A DNA stretch of 64,000 nt, taken from positions 320,001 through 384,000 of the forward strand of contig OZ241329.1 of NCBI GenBank assembly GCA_965199825.1, in the 5' to 3' direction. Position numbers and translations under genes: made by a program. Source of the stretch: Bdellovibrionales bacterium. GTDB lineage: Bacteria > Bdellovibrionota > Bdellovibrionia > Bdellovibrionales > UBA1609. Positions 41,087 to 54,330 of the stretch are shown in pieces. The notes under the pieces were generated by a model. It did no database searches. It had not been told where the DNA came from and worked only from the letters and a program-made list of their open reading frames with translations. Position 1 is the first letter of the stretch, and each line of letters starts with the position of its first letter.

Positions 41087-41710
41087 TTACTCCGCTCGAC
41101 AACGATTGACGATTTTGGCAATCGATTCTTTTGTGACAACAACGTTGTCATATTTTAAAAGATCAAAAACATTTAAGCCATCAACCGAAAAATATTTGTA
41201 AGAGCTCAAATTTTTTGTCGCTCTTTTAAAATTTTCGTTAACTGAACCGTCGATTAATAATGCTTTGGTAAGACCAAAATTTTGTAGTCTCTGAGCAATC
41301 TCTTTGGTCTTTCCTTGTGAATCCATTGACTCGACCACATGGAATTTTCCGTCTTTGACTGCCTGCGAAAGTGCACATCGCAGAGCTAGGCGCTTCATCT
41401 GTTTTGGAAATGCAAAAGAGTAATCGCGAGGACGTGGACCAAACAAAACTGCTCCACCGGGCATTAATGGCGAACGATTCGAACCTTGTCGCGCATTACC
41501 TGTACCCTTTTGCTTAAATGGCTTTTTACCACCACCGCTCACTTCTGCGCGTGTTTTTGCTTGATGCGTGCCTTGACGTCGACAAGCGAGCTGCCATTTG
41601 ACCGCGGCATGAAGAATATCGGCACGAACAGGTTGTTCGAAAATATCAGCAGGAAGCTCAAGCTCACTGCTGCTTTCTTTATTCCAATTTAAAACTTTAA
41701 CCTTAGACAT
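41087..41710 (-). CDS. rplD: 50S ribosomal protein L4
   Basis: RQGTH, RAEVSGGGKKP, QKGTGNARQGS. Confidence 0.97.
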   Translation of the reverse strand: MSKVKVLNWNKESSSELELPADIFEQPVRADILHAAVKWQLACRRQGTHQAKTRAEVSGGGKKPFKQKGTGNARQGSNRSPLMPGGAVLFGPRPRDYSFAFPKQMKRLALRCALSQAVKDGKFHVVESMDSQGKTKEIAQRLQNFGLTKALLIDGSVNENFKRATKNLSSYKYFSVDGLNVFDLLKYDNVVVTKESIAKIVNRCRAE

Positions 41711-41714
41711 CGTA

Positions 41715-42377
41715 TTAAACCTTCATCAATTTTACGAGTGAGTTTGGTGCTCCAGGAACCGCACCTTTAACGAGCACGACATTTTCGTCTTGGAGAACAT
41801 CGATGATTTCTACGTTTTTGATTGTTGTCATCTCATCGCCGTAGTGGCCTGGAAATTTTTTGCCAGGCATTACGCGACCAGGCCAAGTTCGATTTCCTAC
41901 TGATCCAGGACGACGATGGAAGTGAGATCCATGAGTAGCGGGTCCGCCCGCAACACTCCAGCGTTTAACAGAACCTGCAAACCCTCGGCCCTTTGATCGG
42001 CCGGTGAGTTTGACCATGTCGCCTTTTTTTACCGAATCGATCGATACCTTTTGGCCGACTTGAACTCCGGTGGAATCCTGACGAATTTCTTTAATAAACA
42101 AAGTTCCGTTTTCAAAACCTGCAGCTTTGCTGTGACCTTTTTCGCTCATCGAAATTCGGGATGCACGCGATGGACAAAAGCCCAATTGAACAGATGAGTA
42201 ACCATCACGCTCTTCGGTTTTCACTTGAGTCACGGTTGTTGGCTCAACTCGTAAAACCGTAACTGGAATTGATTCGCCAGATTCGCTGTAGATCGAGGAC
42301 ATTCCAACTTTGAAGGCATACAAACCTTGAAGTTGAACTGCGTTGCTTGTTGTTATGGTGTCAGATGTTTCGCTCAT
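41715..42377 (-). CDS. rplC: 50S ribosomal protein L3
   Basis: KVGM, PVTV, SKGRGFAG, HGSHFHRRPGS, KGAVPG. Confidence 0.97.
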   Translation of the reverse strand: MSETSDTITTSNAVQLQGLYAFKVGMSSIYSESGESIPVTVLRVEPTTVTQVKTEERDGYSSVQLGFCPSRASRISMSEKGHSKAAGFENGTLFIKEIRQDSTGVQVGQKVSIDSVKKGDMVKLTGRSKGRGFAGSVKRWSVAGGPATHGSHFHRRPGSVGNRTWPGRVMPGKKFPGHYGDEMTTIKNVEIIDVLQDENVVLVKGAVPGAPNSLVKLMKV

Positions 42378-42388
42378 TGATTAACTCC

Positions 42389-42706
42389 TTAAACAACCGA
42401 CAGCTTAATTTCCACGTCAACACCTGCCGAGAGATCAAGCTTCATCAGTTGATCAATGGTTTGTTGGGTGGGTTCTAAAATATCAAGAAGTCGCTTGTGT
42501 GTGCGCACTTCGAATTGCTCGCGTGATTTTTTATCAACGTGAGGAGATCGAAGAACGGTGTAGCGATTGATTCGTGTAGGCAAAGGAATTGGTCCAGCGA
42601 CTCGGGCGCCTGTGCGTCGAGCGGTATCAACAATTTCTCGGGTCGATTGATCAAGAAGTTTATGATCAAAAGCTCGTAATCGAATTCTTATTTTTTGACT
42701 CTGCAT
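42389..42706 (-). CDS. rpsJ: 30S ribosomal protein S10
   Basis: [32 protein letters not shown]. Confidence 0.98.
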   Translation of the reverse strand: MQSQKIRIRLRAFDHKLLDQSTREIVDTARRTGARVAGPIPLPTRINRYTVLRSPHVDKKSREQFEVRTHKRLLDILEPTQQTIDQLMKLDLSAGVDVEIKLSVV

Positions 42707-42845
42707 TTCTACTCACTCGCTTTTTAGGTAAAAGACAAAAAAAGACCATTTCTGCATTCATCTCCCCATCGTTTCATTCGTAAATCAGTACTGATTTTTA
42801 TGACTTAAGGGGATGTTAGAAGCAAACTCCGGTAACAAGTTCGCG

Positions 42846-42875
42846 AGTATGCTAGCGGATAATCGCACTTGTCAA
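42846..42875 (-). promoter_or_regulatory. Putative sigma70 promoter of the S10 operon
   Basis: Minus strand TTGACA (42875-42870), 18 nt spacer, CATACT (42851-42846), just after the fusA stop. Confidence 0.6.
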
Positions 42876-42885
42876 AACAAAATTT

Positions 42886-44985
42886 TTATCTTCCGAGATG
42901 TGAGAGAATCTCTTGCTCGACTTTTGTGGGAACTAAAGCATAGCGATTGAACTTCATACTGAAGCTTGCGCGGCCTTGGCTCAGAGAGCGGATCTCAGTG
43001 GCGTAACCAAAGAGCGTCATCAGAGGAACTTCAGCCTGTATGACCTGCATTTGATTTTTCGTACTGTAGGAAACAACTTTTCCGCGACGTGAATTCAAAT
43101 CCCCAATTACACTGCCCATAAATTCTTCGGGAGTTTGAATTTCCACATCAAATAAGGGTTCAAGCAATTGTGTTTTGTTTTTGCCAACTGCATCTCTAAA
43201 AGCAAGAGTGGAGGCCACCTTACAACTCAGCTCTGTCGACTCTTTGTCTCGAAGTTGAACCTGTTTGAGCGTTAATTTCATATCAACAAATCGATATCCA
43301 CCTAAGGGCCCCACTTCAGCGGCTTCGCGAAGCCCTTGCTCAATGGCAGAAACAAATTCTTTTGGAATTTTAAAATCTTTAGGCAACTCATTTTCAAATT
43401 TTATTCCTGCAGCATTTTCGAGCGGCTCAATTTCGACCTGGACTTCGGCAAACTGGGCATCGCCGCCCACTTCTTTTTGAAACAAACCTTTGCCTTGGGT
43501 AGAATTGAATATGCGTTCTCTAAAAGAAACTTGGGGCTTACCCACACTCGCTTTGACTTTGTATTCACGCAGCAATCGATCAACCAAAATTTCGAGATGC
43601 AACTCGCCCATACCTGACAACAGCATCTGACCGGTCTCTGGATCTGTGCGCACACTGCTTGAGGGATCTTCTTGAGCCAGACGCTGAAGGCCTTGAAGCA
43701 TTTTTTCCTGATCGGCAACGGATTGGGCTTCAATCGCCACCGAAATGACAGGCTCAGGAAATTGAATGGTTTCTAAAACCACGGGACGTCCAACACTACA
43801 CAAGGTATCGCCAGTTCCTGTGAGTTTAAGCCCAATGACCGCGCCGATATCGCCAGCTTTGAGGCTAGGAACTTCTTCGCGAGAATTTGCGTGCATTTTC
43901 ACAAGACGTTGGATGCGTTCTTTTTTGTTGAGACGAGGATTTAAGAGAGCTTCACCCGCTTTGACCTCTCCAGAATAAACCCGGATGTACGTCAAAGAAG
44001 TGGCAAATGAGTCTACCGCTATCTTAAACGCGAGAGCCGCGGCTGGACTTTCGAAATCGGTTTTACATACAATTTGTTTATCTGGATCTTGAGTACTGAA
44101 ACCTACAATGTCAGGCACATCCAGTGGACTTGGAAGATAGGCCACAATTGAATCTAAAAGAGGTTGGATCCCTTTATTTTTAAAAGCTGCTCCGCAAAGT
44201 ACCGGCTGAAATTTTAGTGATAATGTGGCGTGACGGATTCCTTGTACGATTTCTTCTTCTGTTAGTTGATGACCTTCAAGATAGCGGGTCATAAGAACAT
44301 CATCGAGCTCGGCTATCTTTTCGATTAGGAATTCTCGTGCCTCTTTTGCGGCTTCTTCAAGTTCTAAAGGGATGGGAGCTAACTCAAAATCCTCACCCTT
44401 CCCTTTTTCGGGCCAGATGAGCGCCTGCATTTTGATAAGATCAATCACCCCGCGAAACTGATCCTCAGCCCCGATCGGAATTTGGAGAGGGACAGGATTG
44501 CCGCCTAGTTTTTCGCTAATAGTTTGAACACTGTAATCGAAGTCGGCACCAACTCGATCCATTTTGTTTATAAAGCAAATTCGTGGAACGTGATAGCGAT
44601 CAGCTTGCCGCCAAACAGTCACCGTTTGGGGCTCGACGCCATTGACGCCGTCAAAAACTGCAACCGCGCCATCCAGCACACGGAGCGAGCGTTCAACTTC
44701 GAGGGTAAAATCAACATGTCCCGGGGTATCAATCAAATTAAGACGATGATCTTTCCACTGCAAAGTGGTCGCAGCGGCAGTGATCGTAATGCCACGCTCT
44801 TGCTCTTGTTCCATCCAATCCATCGTGGTGTTGCCCTCGTGGACTTCACCAATGCGATGATTGCGACCGGAGTAATAAAGGATGCGTTCTGTGGTAGTTG
44901 TTTTACCAGCATCGATGTGAGCCATGATGCCGATATTTCGGGTCAGCCGCAGATCTTCAAGCTTTGAGGGTTCACCTGCGGCCAT
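42886..44985 (-). CDS. fusA: Elongation factor G (str-operon copy, divergent domain IV)
   Basis: [45 protein letters not shown]. Confidence 0.95.
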   Translation of the reverse strand: MAAGEPSKLEDLRLTRNIGIMAHIDAGKTTTTERILYYSGRNHRIGEVHEGNTTMDWMEQEQERGITITAAATTLQWKDHRLNLIDTPGHVDFTLEVERSLRVLDGAVAVFDGVNGVEPQTVTVWRQADRYHVPRICFINKMDRVGADFDYSVQTISEKLGGNPVPLQIPIGAEDQFRGVIDLIKMQALIWPEKGKGEDFELAPIPLELEEAAKEAREFLIEKIAELDDVLMTRYLEGHQLTEEEIVQGIRHATLSLKFQPVLCGAAFKNKGIQPLLDSIVAYLPSPLDVPDIVGFSTQDPDKQIVCKTDFESPAAALAFKIAVDSFATSLTYIRVYSGEVKAGEALLNPRLNKKERIQRLVKMHANSREEVPSLKAGDIGAVIGLKLTGTGDTLCSVGRPVVLETIQFPEPVISVAIEAQSVADQEKMLQGLQRLAQEDPSSSVRTDPETGQMLLSGMGELHLEILVDRLLREYKVKASVGKPQVSFRERIFNSTQGKGLFQKEVGGDAQFAEVQVEIEPLENAAGIKFENELPKDFKIPKEFVSAIEQGLREAAEVGPLGGYRFVDMKLTLKQVQLRDKESTELSCKVASTLAFRDAVGKNKTQLLEPLFDVEIQTPEEFMGSVIGDLNSRRGKVVSYSTKNQMQVIQAEVPLMTLFGYATEIRSLSQGRASFSMKFNRYALVPTKVEQEILSHLGR

Positions 44986-44997
44986 ACTAAAACGAAG

Positions 44998-45471
44998 TTA
45001 CCAATTGTAATGTGAAAACGCTTTGTTGGCTTCTGCCATACGGTGCACGTCTTCTTTTTTCTTAATTGCATTTCCGCGGTTGTTGTAAGCGTCTGCAATT
45101 TCTCCAGCGATTCTTAAGGCCATCGATTTTTCACCACGTTCGCGGCAATTGTCGACGATCCAACGCATTGCGAGTGCAAGCCTTCGTGATGGACGAACAT
45201 CCACTGGAACCTGATAAGTTGCTCCACCCACTCGGCGTGACCGAACTTCGAGAGAAGGCTTACAGTTTTCAATCGCTTTTTTAAATACGGTCAAAGGCTC
45301 TTCACCAGATACCTTTGTGCGCAACTCATCAAACGCCTCATAGACAGCTTGCTGAGCAACACTTTTTTTACCGCTGTACATCACCTTGTTAACAAATTTG
45401 GCCAATGTCAGATCATTGTAAACAGGATCTGGTTGGAATTCTCTTTTGTAGGTCCCTTTTCTTCGCGACAT
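44998..45471 (-). CDS. rpsG: 30S ribosomal protein S7
   Basis: [25 protein letters not shown]. Confidence 0.97.
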   Translation of the reverse strand: MSRRKGTYKREFQPDPVYNDLTLAKFVNKVMYSGKKSVAQQAVYEAFDELRTKVSGEEPLTVFKKAIENCKPSLEVRSRRVGGATYQVPVDVRPSRRLALAMRWIVDNCRERGEKSMALRIAGEIADAYNNRGNAIKKKEDVHRMAEANKAFSHYNW

Positions 45472-45479
45472 GATCTTCC

Positions 45480-45854
45480 TTATTTCTTAGGTCGTTTTGC
45501 GCCGTATTTTGAACGGGCGCGTTTGCGATCTTGAACACCTTGGGTATCTAATACTCCACGGATAATGTGGTATCGAACACCTGGTAGATCTTTGACCCGT
45601 CCACCCCGAACCAAAACCACACTGTGCTCTTGGAGGTTGTGACCAATACCTGGAATGTAAGAATTCACTTCAAAACCATTCGACAACCGAACACGGGCAA
45701 CTTTACGCAAAGCCGAGTTTGGTTTTTTAGGAGTGGTTGTAAATACGCGCGTACAAACCCCACGGCGTTGTGGGCAGCTATCAAGTGCGGGCGATTTAGA
45801 CTTATCTTTTTGCGCGCGACGTGATGACCGTATGAGCTGATTAATCGTTGGCAT
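45480..45854 (-). CDS. rpsL: 30S ribosomal protein S12
   Basis: [28 protein letters not shown]. Confidence 0.98.
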   Translation of the reverse strand: MPTINQLIRSSRRAQKDKSKSPALDSCPQRRGVCTRVFTTTPKKPNSALRKVARVRLSNGFEVNSYIPGIGHNLQEHSVVLVRGGRVKDLPGVRYHIIRGVLDTQGVQDRKRARSKYGAKRPKK

Positions 45855-45938
45855 CTTTAACCCTTTGACGAAAAATAAAAACTAGTAACCTCACTGACCA
45901 TTTTCGTCAACTCATAGTCAGTGAGATCGTTTCAAAGA

Positions 45939-48900
45939 TTAATTAACAGTTTGTCCTTGAGCATTGGTCATCGGAAACCCACCTGGCAAAGATGAACTCA
46001 TATCGCCTGCAGTTTCATCGACAGTGACCTTCCATTTTTTGTAGGTAGAAAGTCCAGTGCCCGCAGGAACCAATCGACCCATGATGATGTTCTCTTTGAG
46101 TCCCATCAAATCATCGGTCTTCGAATTTACCGCAGCATCGGTCAAAACTTTTGTAGTCTCTTGGAAAGAGGCTGCAGAAATCCAGCTATCGGTACTCAGA
46201 GAAACTTTGGTGATTCCGAGCAATAAAGGATCACAGACTGCGGGTTGGCCGCCTTCTTTAATCACTCGCTCGTTCTCATCTTCGTACTCGTTTCTTTCGA
46301 CTTGTTCGCCATTTAAGAACCGAGTGTCTCCAGTATCAACAACCTGAACTTTTCTGAGCATCATGCGCACAATCACTTCGATGTGTTTGTCGTTAATGCC
46401 CACACCTTGAAGTCGGTAAACCTCTTGGATTTCGTTAACGAGATATGCAGCAAGCGCTTTGTCACCCAACACTTTTAAAATGTCGTGGGGGTTACTTGGT
46501 CCATCCATCAAAGCTTCACCAGCTTTAACGAACTCGCCTTCGCGTACCGCAACGTGTTTCCCTTTTGGAATTAAATATTCTTTTTGTTCACCCACGTCTG
46601 GAGTGACGATCACACGCTGTTTGCCTTTAACGTCTTTCCCGAAGGTCACATATCCATCAATTTCAGAAATGATCGCGGCTTCTTTGGGTTTACGAGCTTC
46701 AAACAACTCAGCCACCCGTGGAAGACCCCCTGTAATATCGCGAGTTTTTGAAGTTTCGCGGTGAATTTTTGCGATCACATCACCAGCATGAACCTCTTGA
46801 CCATCAACGATAATCAGCTGTGCTCCCACTGGAATCACATAGCGTGCAGGAATATTTCGATTGGGCAGATTAATGCTTTCACCCTGTGGAGTTTTGAGCA
46901 GCACAGTTGGTTTCGCTTCTGCCGATTTGCTATCGGTGATCACTTTGGTTGCGAATCCAGTTACAGGATCCACTTGCTCTTGCATGGAGACCCCTTCTTC
47001 AATGTCTTGGAAAAATACAGTTCCAGACACATCGGCAACAATGGGATTTGAGTAGGGATCCCACTCTGCAAGGACATCGCCTTTTTTAACTTCTTGGTTT
47101 TCTTTGAAGTTTAAAACCGCACCGTAAACAAGTTTGAAACGATCGCGTTCGCGACCCGAAGAATCGACGATGGTGAGATCACCATTTCGATTCATCACGG
47201 TCAATTTGCCGTTCTTATTTTCAACTGTATGGACGTCGACCAGCTTTAAAGTTCCCTCGTATCGAGCGGTATGAAGGGACTGTTCAACTGCACGTGAGGC
47301 CGTACCACCTAAGTGGAAGGTTCTCATCGTCAGCTGTGTTCCGGGCTCACCAATCGATTGAGCCGCGATAATTCCTACAGCTTCACCGAGGTTGACCACG
47401 TTTCCACGCGCGAGATCACGACCATAACATTTCACACAAGTTCCGCGACGAGTTTTACATGTCAAAACCGATCGGATGCTCACCATCTCGATACCGGCTT
47501 CATCGACACGTTTGACTACGTCCTCGGTGATTTCTTGATTGGCTTGTAGAATCACTTCGTCGCTGTAGGGGTCACGAATATCAGCAAGTGCGGTTCGTCC
47601 AAGGATGCGATCACCAATCGGTTGAATGATCTCGCCACCTTCAAGCAGTGGGCGAACTTCCATTCCGTTTGTGGTGCCGCAATCGATTTCGTTGATAACG
47701 ATATCTTGAGCCACATCCACTAAACGACGAGTGAGGTATCCTGAGTTTGCGGTTTTAAGTGCCGTATCTGCTAACCCTTTTCGAGCTCCGTGAGTCGAAA
47801 TAAAGTATTGCAAAACCGAAAGACCTTCGCGGAAATTTGCAGTGATTGGCGTTTCGATAATTTCGCCTGATGGTTTCGCCATCAAACCACGCATACCCGC
47901 AAGCTGTCGAATCTGAGCTGCGGATCCTCGTGCTCCAGAATCGGCCATAATAAAAATAGGATTAAAGCTTGCGCTCTCAACAGTTTTTCCATCGACCACA
48001 AAATTTTGTTTCTCGAGCTGAGCCATCATTTCTTTTGCGATCTTGTCACCGCACTGAGCCCAAATATCCACAACCTTGTTGTAGCGCTCACCATCGGTGA
48101 TCAAACCTTCATCATACTGCGCGCGAATTTCTTGAACCGCTTTTTCGGATTCACTCAACATCGTCGCTTTTGCTTCTGGAATATAAAGATCATCAAGACA
48201 GATCGAAATACCAGCCATCGTTGAATAACGAAATCCAAGGGTCATCAATTTATCTGCCAAGATGACAGTGGCTTTAGCACCGGCAAGTCGGAAAGATTTA
48301 TCGATTAAATCGGCAAGTGCTTTTTTATTCATCACTCGATTTGTAGTTTCAAACGGGACACCCATTGGGACGATATCACTCAAGATTGAGCGACCAACGC
48401 TTGTGTCCTGCATTTTTCCATTGATGCGGCAGCGAATTGCAGCTTGGAGGTCAAGATGTCCCATCTCGAATGCATAAAGAACTTCTTGGACCGATCCAAA
48501 AACTTTTTTGGTTCCTTTTGCTCCAGGACGAACGCGAGTCATCCAATAAATTCCAAGCACAATATCTTGTGTGGGATTGATGATCGGTTTGCCGTTAGCA
48601 GGACTTAAAATATTATTTGTGGACATCATCAAAACGCGGGCTTCAACTTGTGCTTCTACAGAAAGCGGTACGTGTACGGCCATTTGATCGCCATCGAAAT
48701 CGGCGTTGAAGGCTGTACAAACAAGCGGATGAAGCTGAATCGCTTTTCCTTCATGCAGAACCGGCTCGAAAGCTTGAATTCCAAGTCTATGAAGAGTGGG
48801 TGCGCGATTTAAGAGTACAGGATGCTCTTTGACCACGTCAGATAAAATATCCCAAACTTCAACCGATTCTTGCTCCACCAATTTTTTGGCTTGCTTGATG

Positions 48901-50078
48901 GTTGTGGCGAATCCGCGCTCTTCAAGCTTGTTGTAAACAAACGGTTTAAAAAGTTCGAGAGCCATTTTTTTGGGTAAACCGCACTGATGCAGTTTGAGTT
49001 CAGGTCCGACCACGATAACGGATCGACCAGAATAATCCACCCGTTTACCGAGCAAATTCTGTCTAAATCGACCTTGTTTACCTTTAAGCATGTCGCTCAA
49101 AGATCGCAGAGGTCGTTTGTTGGGGCCAGTAAATGTTTTGCCGCGGCGACCATTATCGAGCAACGCATCCACAGCTTCTTGAAGCATTCGTTTTTCGTTA
49201 CGAATAATAATGTCTGGTGCGTTTAATTCTTGAAGCCGTTTGAGACGATTATTTCGATTGATCACTCGACGATAAAGATCGTTCAAATCGGAAGTGGCGA
49301 AGCGCCCGCCGTCCAAGGGGACCAAGGGTCTAAGATCAGGCGGAATCACTGGCAATGCTTCAAGCATCATCCAGTCAGGTTTATTAATAGACTGTTTAAA
49401 AGCTTCGACAACTTTTAGACGTTTTGTGTGTTTTTTAATTTGGGCTTCGGATTTTGTATCCTTAAGATCGAGCCGCAATTTACGCGAAAGGTATTCAGGA
49501 TCCACCTTACGCAAAAGATCACGAACCGATTCGCCGCCCATTCCAGCTTTGAAATTTGGACCAAATTCGTTAAGAGCATTTTGATAAGCTTCTTCGGAAA
49601 GAATCTGTCCTTCTTCGAGCGAAGTCTCCATGGGGTCGATGACCACATAGGCTTCACAATAAAGAACCCGCTCGACATCTTTGAGAGTGAGATCAAGTAA
49701 ATTGCCGATTCGACTTGGAAGTGAGCGTAAAAACCAAATGTGTGCAACAGGTGTTGCCAACTCAATATGACCGAGACGTTCACGACGAACTTTTGTTTGG
49801 GTGACTTCAACACCGCATTTTTCGCAGATCACTCCGCGATATTTCATGCGTTTATACTTTCCGCACAAACATTCGTAATCTTTAATAGGTCCAAAGATTT
49901 TGGCACAGAACAATCCATCACGCTCGGGCTTGAATGTCCGGTAGTTAATGGTCTCTGGTTTTTTGACCTCACCAAACGACCACTCGCGAATCATCTCTGG
50001 CGAGGCCAGAGAGATACGCACAGAATCGAATGACAATGGATCTTTGGGTTTATCGAAAAAGTTTAATAGATCCTTCAC
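45939..50078 (-). CDS. rpoC: RNA polymerase beta' subunit
   Basis: NADFDGD active site, Zn-finger cysteines, [17 protein letters not shown]. Confidence 0.98.
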   Translation of the reverse strand: MKDLLNFFDKPKDPLSFDSVRISLASPEMIREWSFGEVKKPETINYRTFKPERDGLFCAKIFGPIKDYECLCGKYKRMKYRGVICEKCGVEVTQTKVRRERLGHIELATPVAHIWFLRSLPSRIGNLLDLTLKDVERVLYCEAYVVIDPMETSLEEGQILSEEAYQNALNEFGPNFKAGMGGESVRDLLRKVDPEYLSRKLRLDLKDTKSEAQIKKHTKRLKVVEAFKQSINKPDWMMLEALPVIPPDLRPLVPLDGGRFATSDLNDLYRRVINRNNRLKRLQELNAPDIIIRNEKRMLQEAVDALLDNGRRGKTFTGPNKRPLRSLSDMLKGKQGRFRQNLLGKRVDYSGRSVIVVGPELKLHQCGLPKKMALELFKPFVYNKLEERGFATTIKQAKKLVEQESVEVWDILSDVVKEHPVLLNRAPTLHRLGIQAFEPVLHEGKAIQLHPLVCTAFNADFDGDQMAVHVPLSVEAQVEARVLMMSTNNILSPANGKPIINPTQDIVLGIYWMTRVRPGAKGTKKVFGSVQEVLYAFEMGHLDLQAAIRCRINGKMQDTSVGRSILSDIVPMGVPFETTNRVMNKKALADLIDKSFRLAGAKATVILADKLMTLGFRYSTMAGISICLDDLYIPEAKATMLSESEKAVQEIRAQYDEGLITDGERYNKVVDIWAQCGDKIAKEMMAQLEKQNFVVDGKTVESASFNPIFIMADSGARGSAAQIRQLAGMRGLMAKPSGEIIETPITANFREGLSVLQYFISTHGARKGLADTALKTANSGYLTRRLVDVAQDIVINEIDCGTTNGMEVRPLLEGGEIIQPIGDRILGRTALADIRDPYSDEVILQANQEITEDVVKRVDEAGIEMVSIRSVLTCKTRRGTCVKCYGRDLARGNVVNLGEAVGIIAAQSIGEPGTQLTMRTFHLGGTASRAVEQSLHTARYEGTLKLVDVHTVENKNGKLTVMNRNGDLTIVDSSGRERDRFKLVYGAVLNFKENQEVKKGDVLAEWDPYSNPIVADVSGTVFFQDIEEGVSMQEQVDPVTGFATKVITDSKSAEAKPTVLLKTPQGESINLPNRNIPARYVIPVGAQLIIVDGQEVHAGDVIAKIHRETSKTRDITGGLPRVAELFEARKPKEAAIISEIDGYVTFGKDVKGKQRVIVTPDVGEQKEYLIPKGKHVAVREGEFVKAGEALMDGPSNPHDILKVLGDKALAAYLVNEIQEVYRLQGVGINDKHIEVIVRMMLRKVQVVDTGDTRFLNGEQVERNEYEDENERVIKEGGQPAVCDPLLLGITKVSLSTDSWISAASFQETTKVLTDAAVNSKTDDLMGLKENIIMGRLVPAGTGLSTYKKWKVTVDETAGDMSSSLPGGFPMTNAQGQTVN

Positions 50079-50088
50079 GCGTGCTCCT

Positions 50089-53000
50089 TTATTGCTCTAA
50101 CATTCCAGTTGGCTGTTCAGTTAGAATATCTGATTCGATCAACTCCACGTTCAGCGCCAAGCTTTGTAGCTCTTTGACTAAAACGTTAAACGATTCGGGC
50201 AGACCGGGTTCCAAAACATTTTCGCCTTTAACAATGCTTTCATACATTCGGGTTCGTCCAGCAACGTCATCCGACTTCACAGTGAGGAATTCTTGTAGAG
50301 AATATGCCGCACCGTAAGCTTCGATTGCCCAGACTTCCATCTCTCCCAAACGCTGACCACCGAACTGAGCTTTTCCACCCAGAGGCTGTTGCGAAACAAG
50401 AGAGTAGGGGCCGATCGAGCGTGCATGAATCTTTTCTTCAACCAAGTGATGAAGTTTGAGCATGTACATCACGCCCACTGTCACCGCGAGTTGGAAGGGC
50501 TCACCCGTTCGACCATCAAACAAAACTGTTTGGCCGCTGAGAGGAAGTTTGGCTCTTGCTAGTAAATCTTTAACATCTTTTTCTTTGGCGCCATCAAACA
50601 CAGGAGTTGCCACATGAATACCATATTTCACTTTATGAAGCATGGTTTTAAGCGACTGCTCGTCTGCGGTTTTGATCACCTCGGTGACTTCGTCGTCACC
50701 TTTAAAGGCGGCAAGCAAAGCCTGTCGAGAATCTTCAGCCTTAAAGTTGTCAATGTGCTGCGCCAATTGATGCCCAATTCCATGAGCGGCCCAGCCCAAA
50801 TGAACCTCTAAGATTTGCCCGATATTCATACGGCTCGGAACCCCAAGAGGATTCAAGACCATATCGACAGGACGACCATCTGCTAAAAAGGGCATGTCTT
50901 CGACTGGAAGAACTTTTGACACAACCCCTTTGTTTCCATGGCGACCCGCAAATTTATCTCCCACTTGGAGTTTACGTTTGATCGCAATGTAGACCTTGAC
51001 CATCTTGATCACGCCCGGAGGAAGTTCATCCCCTTTTTTGAGGCGATCCATTTTTTCAGAAAACACCATTTTGACCGCATCAAGCTGATTTCGTGCGGCA
51101 TCAATAATACGTGTGACTTGATATTCAATCTCTTGATCCAAGGGAACGTAGCTTAAAAGTTCAAATGGAATTGTTTCGAGATCGGCATTCGAAATTGTTT
51201 GGCCTTTGCTCAACAATTTTTGTGAACCATCTTCGTTTAACAAAACACCTGTAGTCACTTTTCCAACAAGCACATCTTTGAGTTTATCAAGTGCACTGTT
51301 GCGAATCACGTTTTGCTCAACCGAGAAATCTTTTTCTAATTTTTTGCGTTTCTCATCAATGATGCTTTGAAGACGCTCGTCACGATCAGATCCTTCGCGA
51401 CTGTAAACCTGAGCATCGATCACTGTGCCTTCGACACCTGATGGAACTCGTAGAGATGTGTCACGCACATCGCCCGCTTTTTCACCAAAGATAGCTCGAA
51501 GTAGTTTCTCTTCAGGTGAAAGCTGAGTTTCGCCTTTAGGAGTGACCTTACCAACCAAAATATCATTCGGCTTAACTTCAGCACCTATACGGATGATTCC
51601 AGATGCATCTAAATCTTTGAGAGCCTCTTCGCCAACGTTTGCGATATCTCGGGTGATTTCTTCTTTACCCAGTTTTGTATCGCGAGCCACACACTCGAAT
51701 TCTTCGATATGAATTGAGGTGTAGGTATCGTCTTGAACTAAACGCTCAGAGATCAGAATTGAATCCTCGAAATTGTAGCCCATCCAAGGTGTGAACGCGA
51801 CCAGGATGTTTTGACCAAGAGCCAACTCACCGAGTTCGGTGGAAGGACCATCGGCGATCACATCACTGCGTTTCACTTTATCGCCCACTTTTACGATGGG
51901 CTTCTGGTTAAAACATGTGTTTTGGTTGGTGCGTTGATATTTTGTTAAGTTGTAAATATCGACGTTAGCACCGAGTTCACCGCCCTTAGCAAAACGGCGG
52001 ACCACAACGCGACTTGCATCGACTTCTTCAACGATACCATCATTTTGACAGACCACGCTGGTTCCCGAATCACGAGCAACCAAGCGCTCAACACCCGTTC
52101 CAACGAGTGGAGCACGAGCTTTCAATAACGGAACCGCTTGGCGCTGCATGTTTGAACCCATCAAAGCGCGGTTCGCATCATCATGCTCAAGAAATGGAAT
52201 CAGCGATGCCGCGATCGACACCAACTGACTCGGCGAAACGTCCATCAATGAGACTTTATCTTTTTCGATAATTTCGTATTCACCATTGATCCGCACCGAA
52301 ACGTTGTCCGTGGTCAATTTGCTTTTAACCACGTCTTTACCGGCTTGAGCGATGTAGTGACCCGCTTCTTCTAGGGCAGACATGTAAACGATGTTGTCGG
52401 AGATCGATCCACCTTCGACTTTTCGAAATGGGGTTTCGATGAATCCATAATCATTAATGCGCGCAAAAGTTGCGAGCGAAGCGATCAAACCAATGTTTGG
52501 ACCTTCTGGAGTTTCGATCGGACAAATCCGGCCGTAATGGGTGGGATGCACGTCACGCACTTCGAATCCGGCGCGATCGCGAGTCAAACCACCAGGTCCA
52601 AGTGCTGACAAACGGCGTTTATGAGTAATTTCGGAAAGTGGATTTGTTTGATCCATAAACTGCGAGAGCTGGCTTGAACCAAAGAATTCTTTTACAACTG
52701 CGTTCACCGGTTTAGCGTTAACCAAATCATGGGGCATCATTGTTTCAACATCTTGAAGGCTCATGCGCTCACGAATTGCTCGCTCCATACGAACTAAACC
52801 AATTCTGTATTGGTTCTCTAACAATTCACCAACAGATCGAACACGGCGATTTCCTAAATGATCAATATCATCGATCACACCTTGACCGTTTTTAAGATCA
52901 ATCAGCGTTTTTACAACGGACATGATATCTTTTTCGGTCAGTGTTCGATGGTCCACAGGGCATTCTTCAAATGGAATACTAAAGCGGTGATTGATTTTTA

Positions 53001-54240
53001 ATCGACCGACTTCGCTTAAATCATAAGTTTCGGGATCAAAAAACAAACGTTTAAAAAATGCGGTTGCTGCATCTTCAGTTGGCGGCTCGCCAGGTCGCAA
53101 GCGCTTATAGATCTCGATTAAGGATTCTTCTTTGGTGGCGACTTTATCAACCAACAAAGTATTGCGGAGATAAGGACCTACTGCCAAGCCGTCAAAAAAG
53201 ATCACCGAGAATTCTTTAATTCCGGCCTTGATGGCGCGATCAACAATGCTTGCCGACATTTCGGTATTGGCATCCGCAATGATCTCACCGGTTTCTTCGT
53301 CGATCAGTGGTCGTGCGATTACTTTTCCATCAAGATCATCGCGCGCGACTTCGATCTCTTTCATATCAAGAGATTTTACTTTTTTAACAATGGCGCGGGT
53401 GATTCGGCGACCCGACTTCACAATCACTTCTTCAGTTTTAGGATCGATAATATCTGACAGAGCTCTTTGACCCGCCATTCGCTCGATATCGAGGGTGCGG
53501 TAGAGTTTGCCATCTTTTTTAACTTTTACGGTATCGAGATGATAAAAATGTTCGAGCAATTGTTCTGTGCCAAAACCCAATGCTTTGAGCAATATGGTCA
53601 CTGGAAATTTGCGTCGACGATCGATACGAACGTAAATTAAATCTTTTTGATCAAATTCAAAATCAAGCCATGAGCCGCGATAAGGAATCACACGAGCCGA
53701 ATAAATTAATTTTCCGCTCGCATTATTTTTACCACTATCATGATCGAAAAACACACCGGGTGACCGATGCAGCTGACTGACAACCACACGCTCGGTTCCG
53801 TTAATAATAAATGAACCATTGGCCGTCATGAGGGGTATTTCGCCAAGGTACACTTCTTGTTCTTTTACATCGCGAATGCTACGAGCTTCGGTCGCTTCAT
53901 CAACATCAAAAACGATGAGACGCAGAGTCACTTTAATGGGAGCAGCAAAGGTCATCCCACGCTGTCTGCACTCATCGACGTCATATTTTGCAGGCTCGAG
54001 TGAGAAACTCACAAACTCGAGGCTTGCGGTATTATTGAAATCTGTAATCGGAAATACCGATTTAAAAACGCCCTGAAGTCCTAGATCACCACGACGGTCG
54101 GGATCGACATCACGTTGAAGAAAAGCCTCGTAAGACTTCTTCTGAAGTTCGATTAAATTTGGAATGTCGATCAAATGTTTTGTTTTCGCAAAACTTTTTC
54201 TTAACCTGACATTGGAAGCGGTAATAGGAGTTAAGCTCAT
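50089..54240 (-). CDS. rpoB: RNA polymerase beta subunit
   Basis: [39 protein letters not shown]. Confidence 0.98.
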   Translation of the reverse strand: MSLTPITASNVRLRKSFAKTKHLIDIPNLIELQKKSYEAFLQRDVDPDRRGDLGLQGVFKSVFPITDFNNTASLEFVSFSLEPAKYDVDECRQRGMTFAAPIKVTLRLIVFDVDEATEARSIRDVKEQEVYLGEIPLMTANGSFIINGTERVVVSQLHRSPGVFFDHDSGKNNASGKLIYSARVIPYRGSWLDFEFDQKDLIYVRIDRRRKFPVTILLKALGFGTEQLLEHFYHLDTVKVKKDGKLYRTLDIERMAGQRALSDIIDPKTEEVIVKSGRRITRAIVKKVKSLDMKEIEVARDDLDGKVIARPLIDEETGEIIADANTEMSASIVDRAIKAGIKEFSVIFFDGLAVGPYLRNTLLVDKVATKEESLIEIYKRLRPGEPPTEDAATAFFKRLFFDPETYDLSEVGRLKINHRFSIPFEECPVDHRTLTEKDIMSVVKTLIDLKNGQGVIDDIDHLGNRRVRSVGELLENQYRIGLVRMERAIRERMSLQDVETMMPHDLVNAKPVNAVVKEFFGSSQLSQFMDQTNPLSEITHKRRLSALGPGGLTRDRAGFEVRDVHPTHYGRICPIETPEGPNIGLIASLATFARINDYGFIETPFRKVEGGSISDNIVYMSALEEAGHYIAQAGKDVVKSKLTTDNVSVRINGEYEIIEKDKVSLMDVSPSQLVSIAASLIPFLEHDDANRALMGSNMQRQAVPLLKARAPLVGTGVERLVARDSGTSVVCQNDGIVEEVDASRVVVRRFAKGGELGANVDIYNLTKYQRTNQNTCFNQKPIVKVGDKVKRSDVIADGPSTELGELALGQNILVAFTPWMGYNFEDSILISERLVQDDTYTSIHIEEFECVARDTKLGKEEITRDIANVGEEALKDLDASGIIRIGAEVKPNDILVGKVTPKGETQLSPEEKLLRAIFGEKAGDVRDTSLRVPSGVEGTVIDAQVYSREGSDRDERLQSIIDEKRKKLEKDFSVEQNVIRNSALDKLKDVLVGKVTTGVLLNEDGSQKLLSKGQTISNADLETIPFELLSYVPLDQEIEYQVTRIIDAARNQLDAVKMVFSEKMDRLKKGDELPPGVIKMVKVYIAIKRKLQVGDKFAGRHGNKGVVSKVLPVEDMPFLADGRPVDMVLNPLGVPSRMNIGQILEVHLGWAAHGIGHQLAQHIDNFKAEDSRQALLAAFKGDDEVTEVIKTADEQSLKTMLHKVKYGIHVATPVFDGAKEKDVKDLLARAKLPLSGQTVLFDGRTGEPFQLAVTVGVMYMLKLHHLVEEKIHARSIGPYSLVSQQPLGGKAQFGGQRLGEMEVWAIEAYGAAYSLQEFLTVKSDDVAGRTRMYESIVKGENVLEPGLPESFNVLVKELQSLALNVELIESDILTEQPTGMLEQ

Positions 54241-54275
54241 CCGGTCTCCTTAGCTTAATAAAAACCATTTACGAC

Positions 54276-54312
54276 AAAAAACAATGAAGGCCCTCCCTTA
54301 AGGAAAGCCCTC
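54276..54312 (-). terminator. Terminator/attenuator-like hairpin between rplL and rpoB
   Basis: Minus strand GAGGGCTTTCC-TTAA-GGGAGGGCCTTC followed by ATTGTTTTTT. Confidence 0.55.
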
Positions 54313-54330
54313 TTCTCAATCCGTGTGGGA

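Noticed and set aside
45480..54240. Possible streptomycin or rifampicin resistance substitutions, or inteins, in RpsL, RpoB and RpoC
   Set aside because: PKKPNS, RVKDLPG and [20 protein letters not shown] are wild-type-like, and protein lengths are ordinary.
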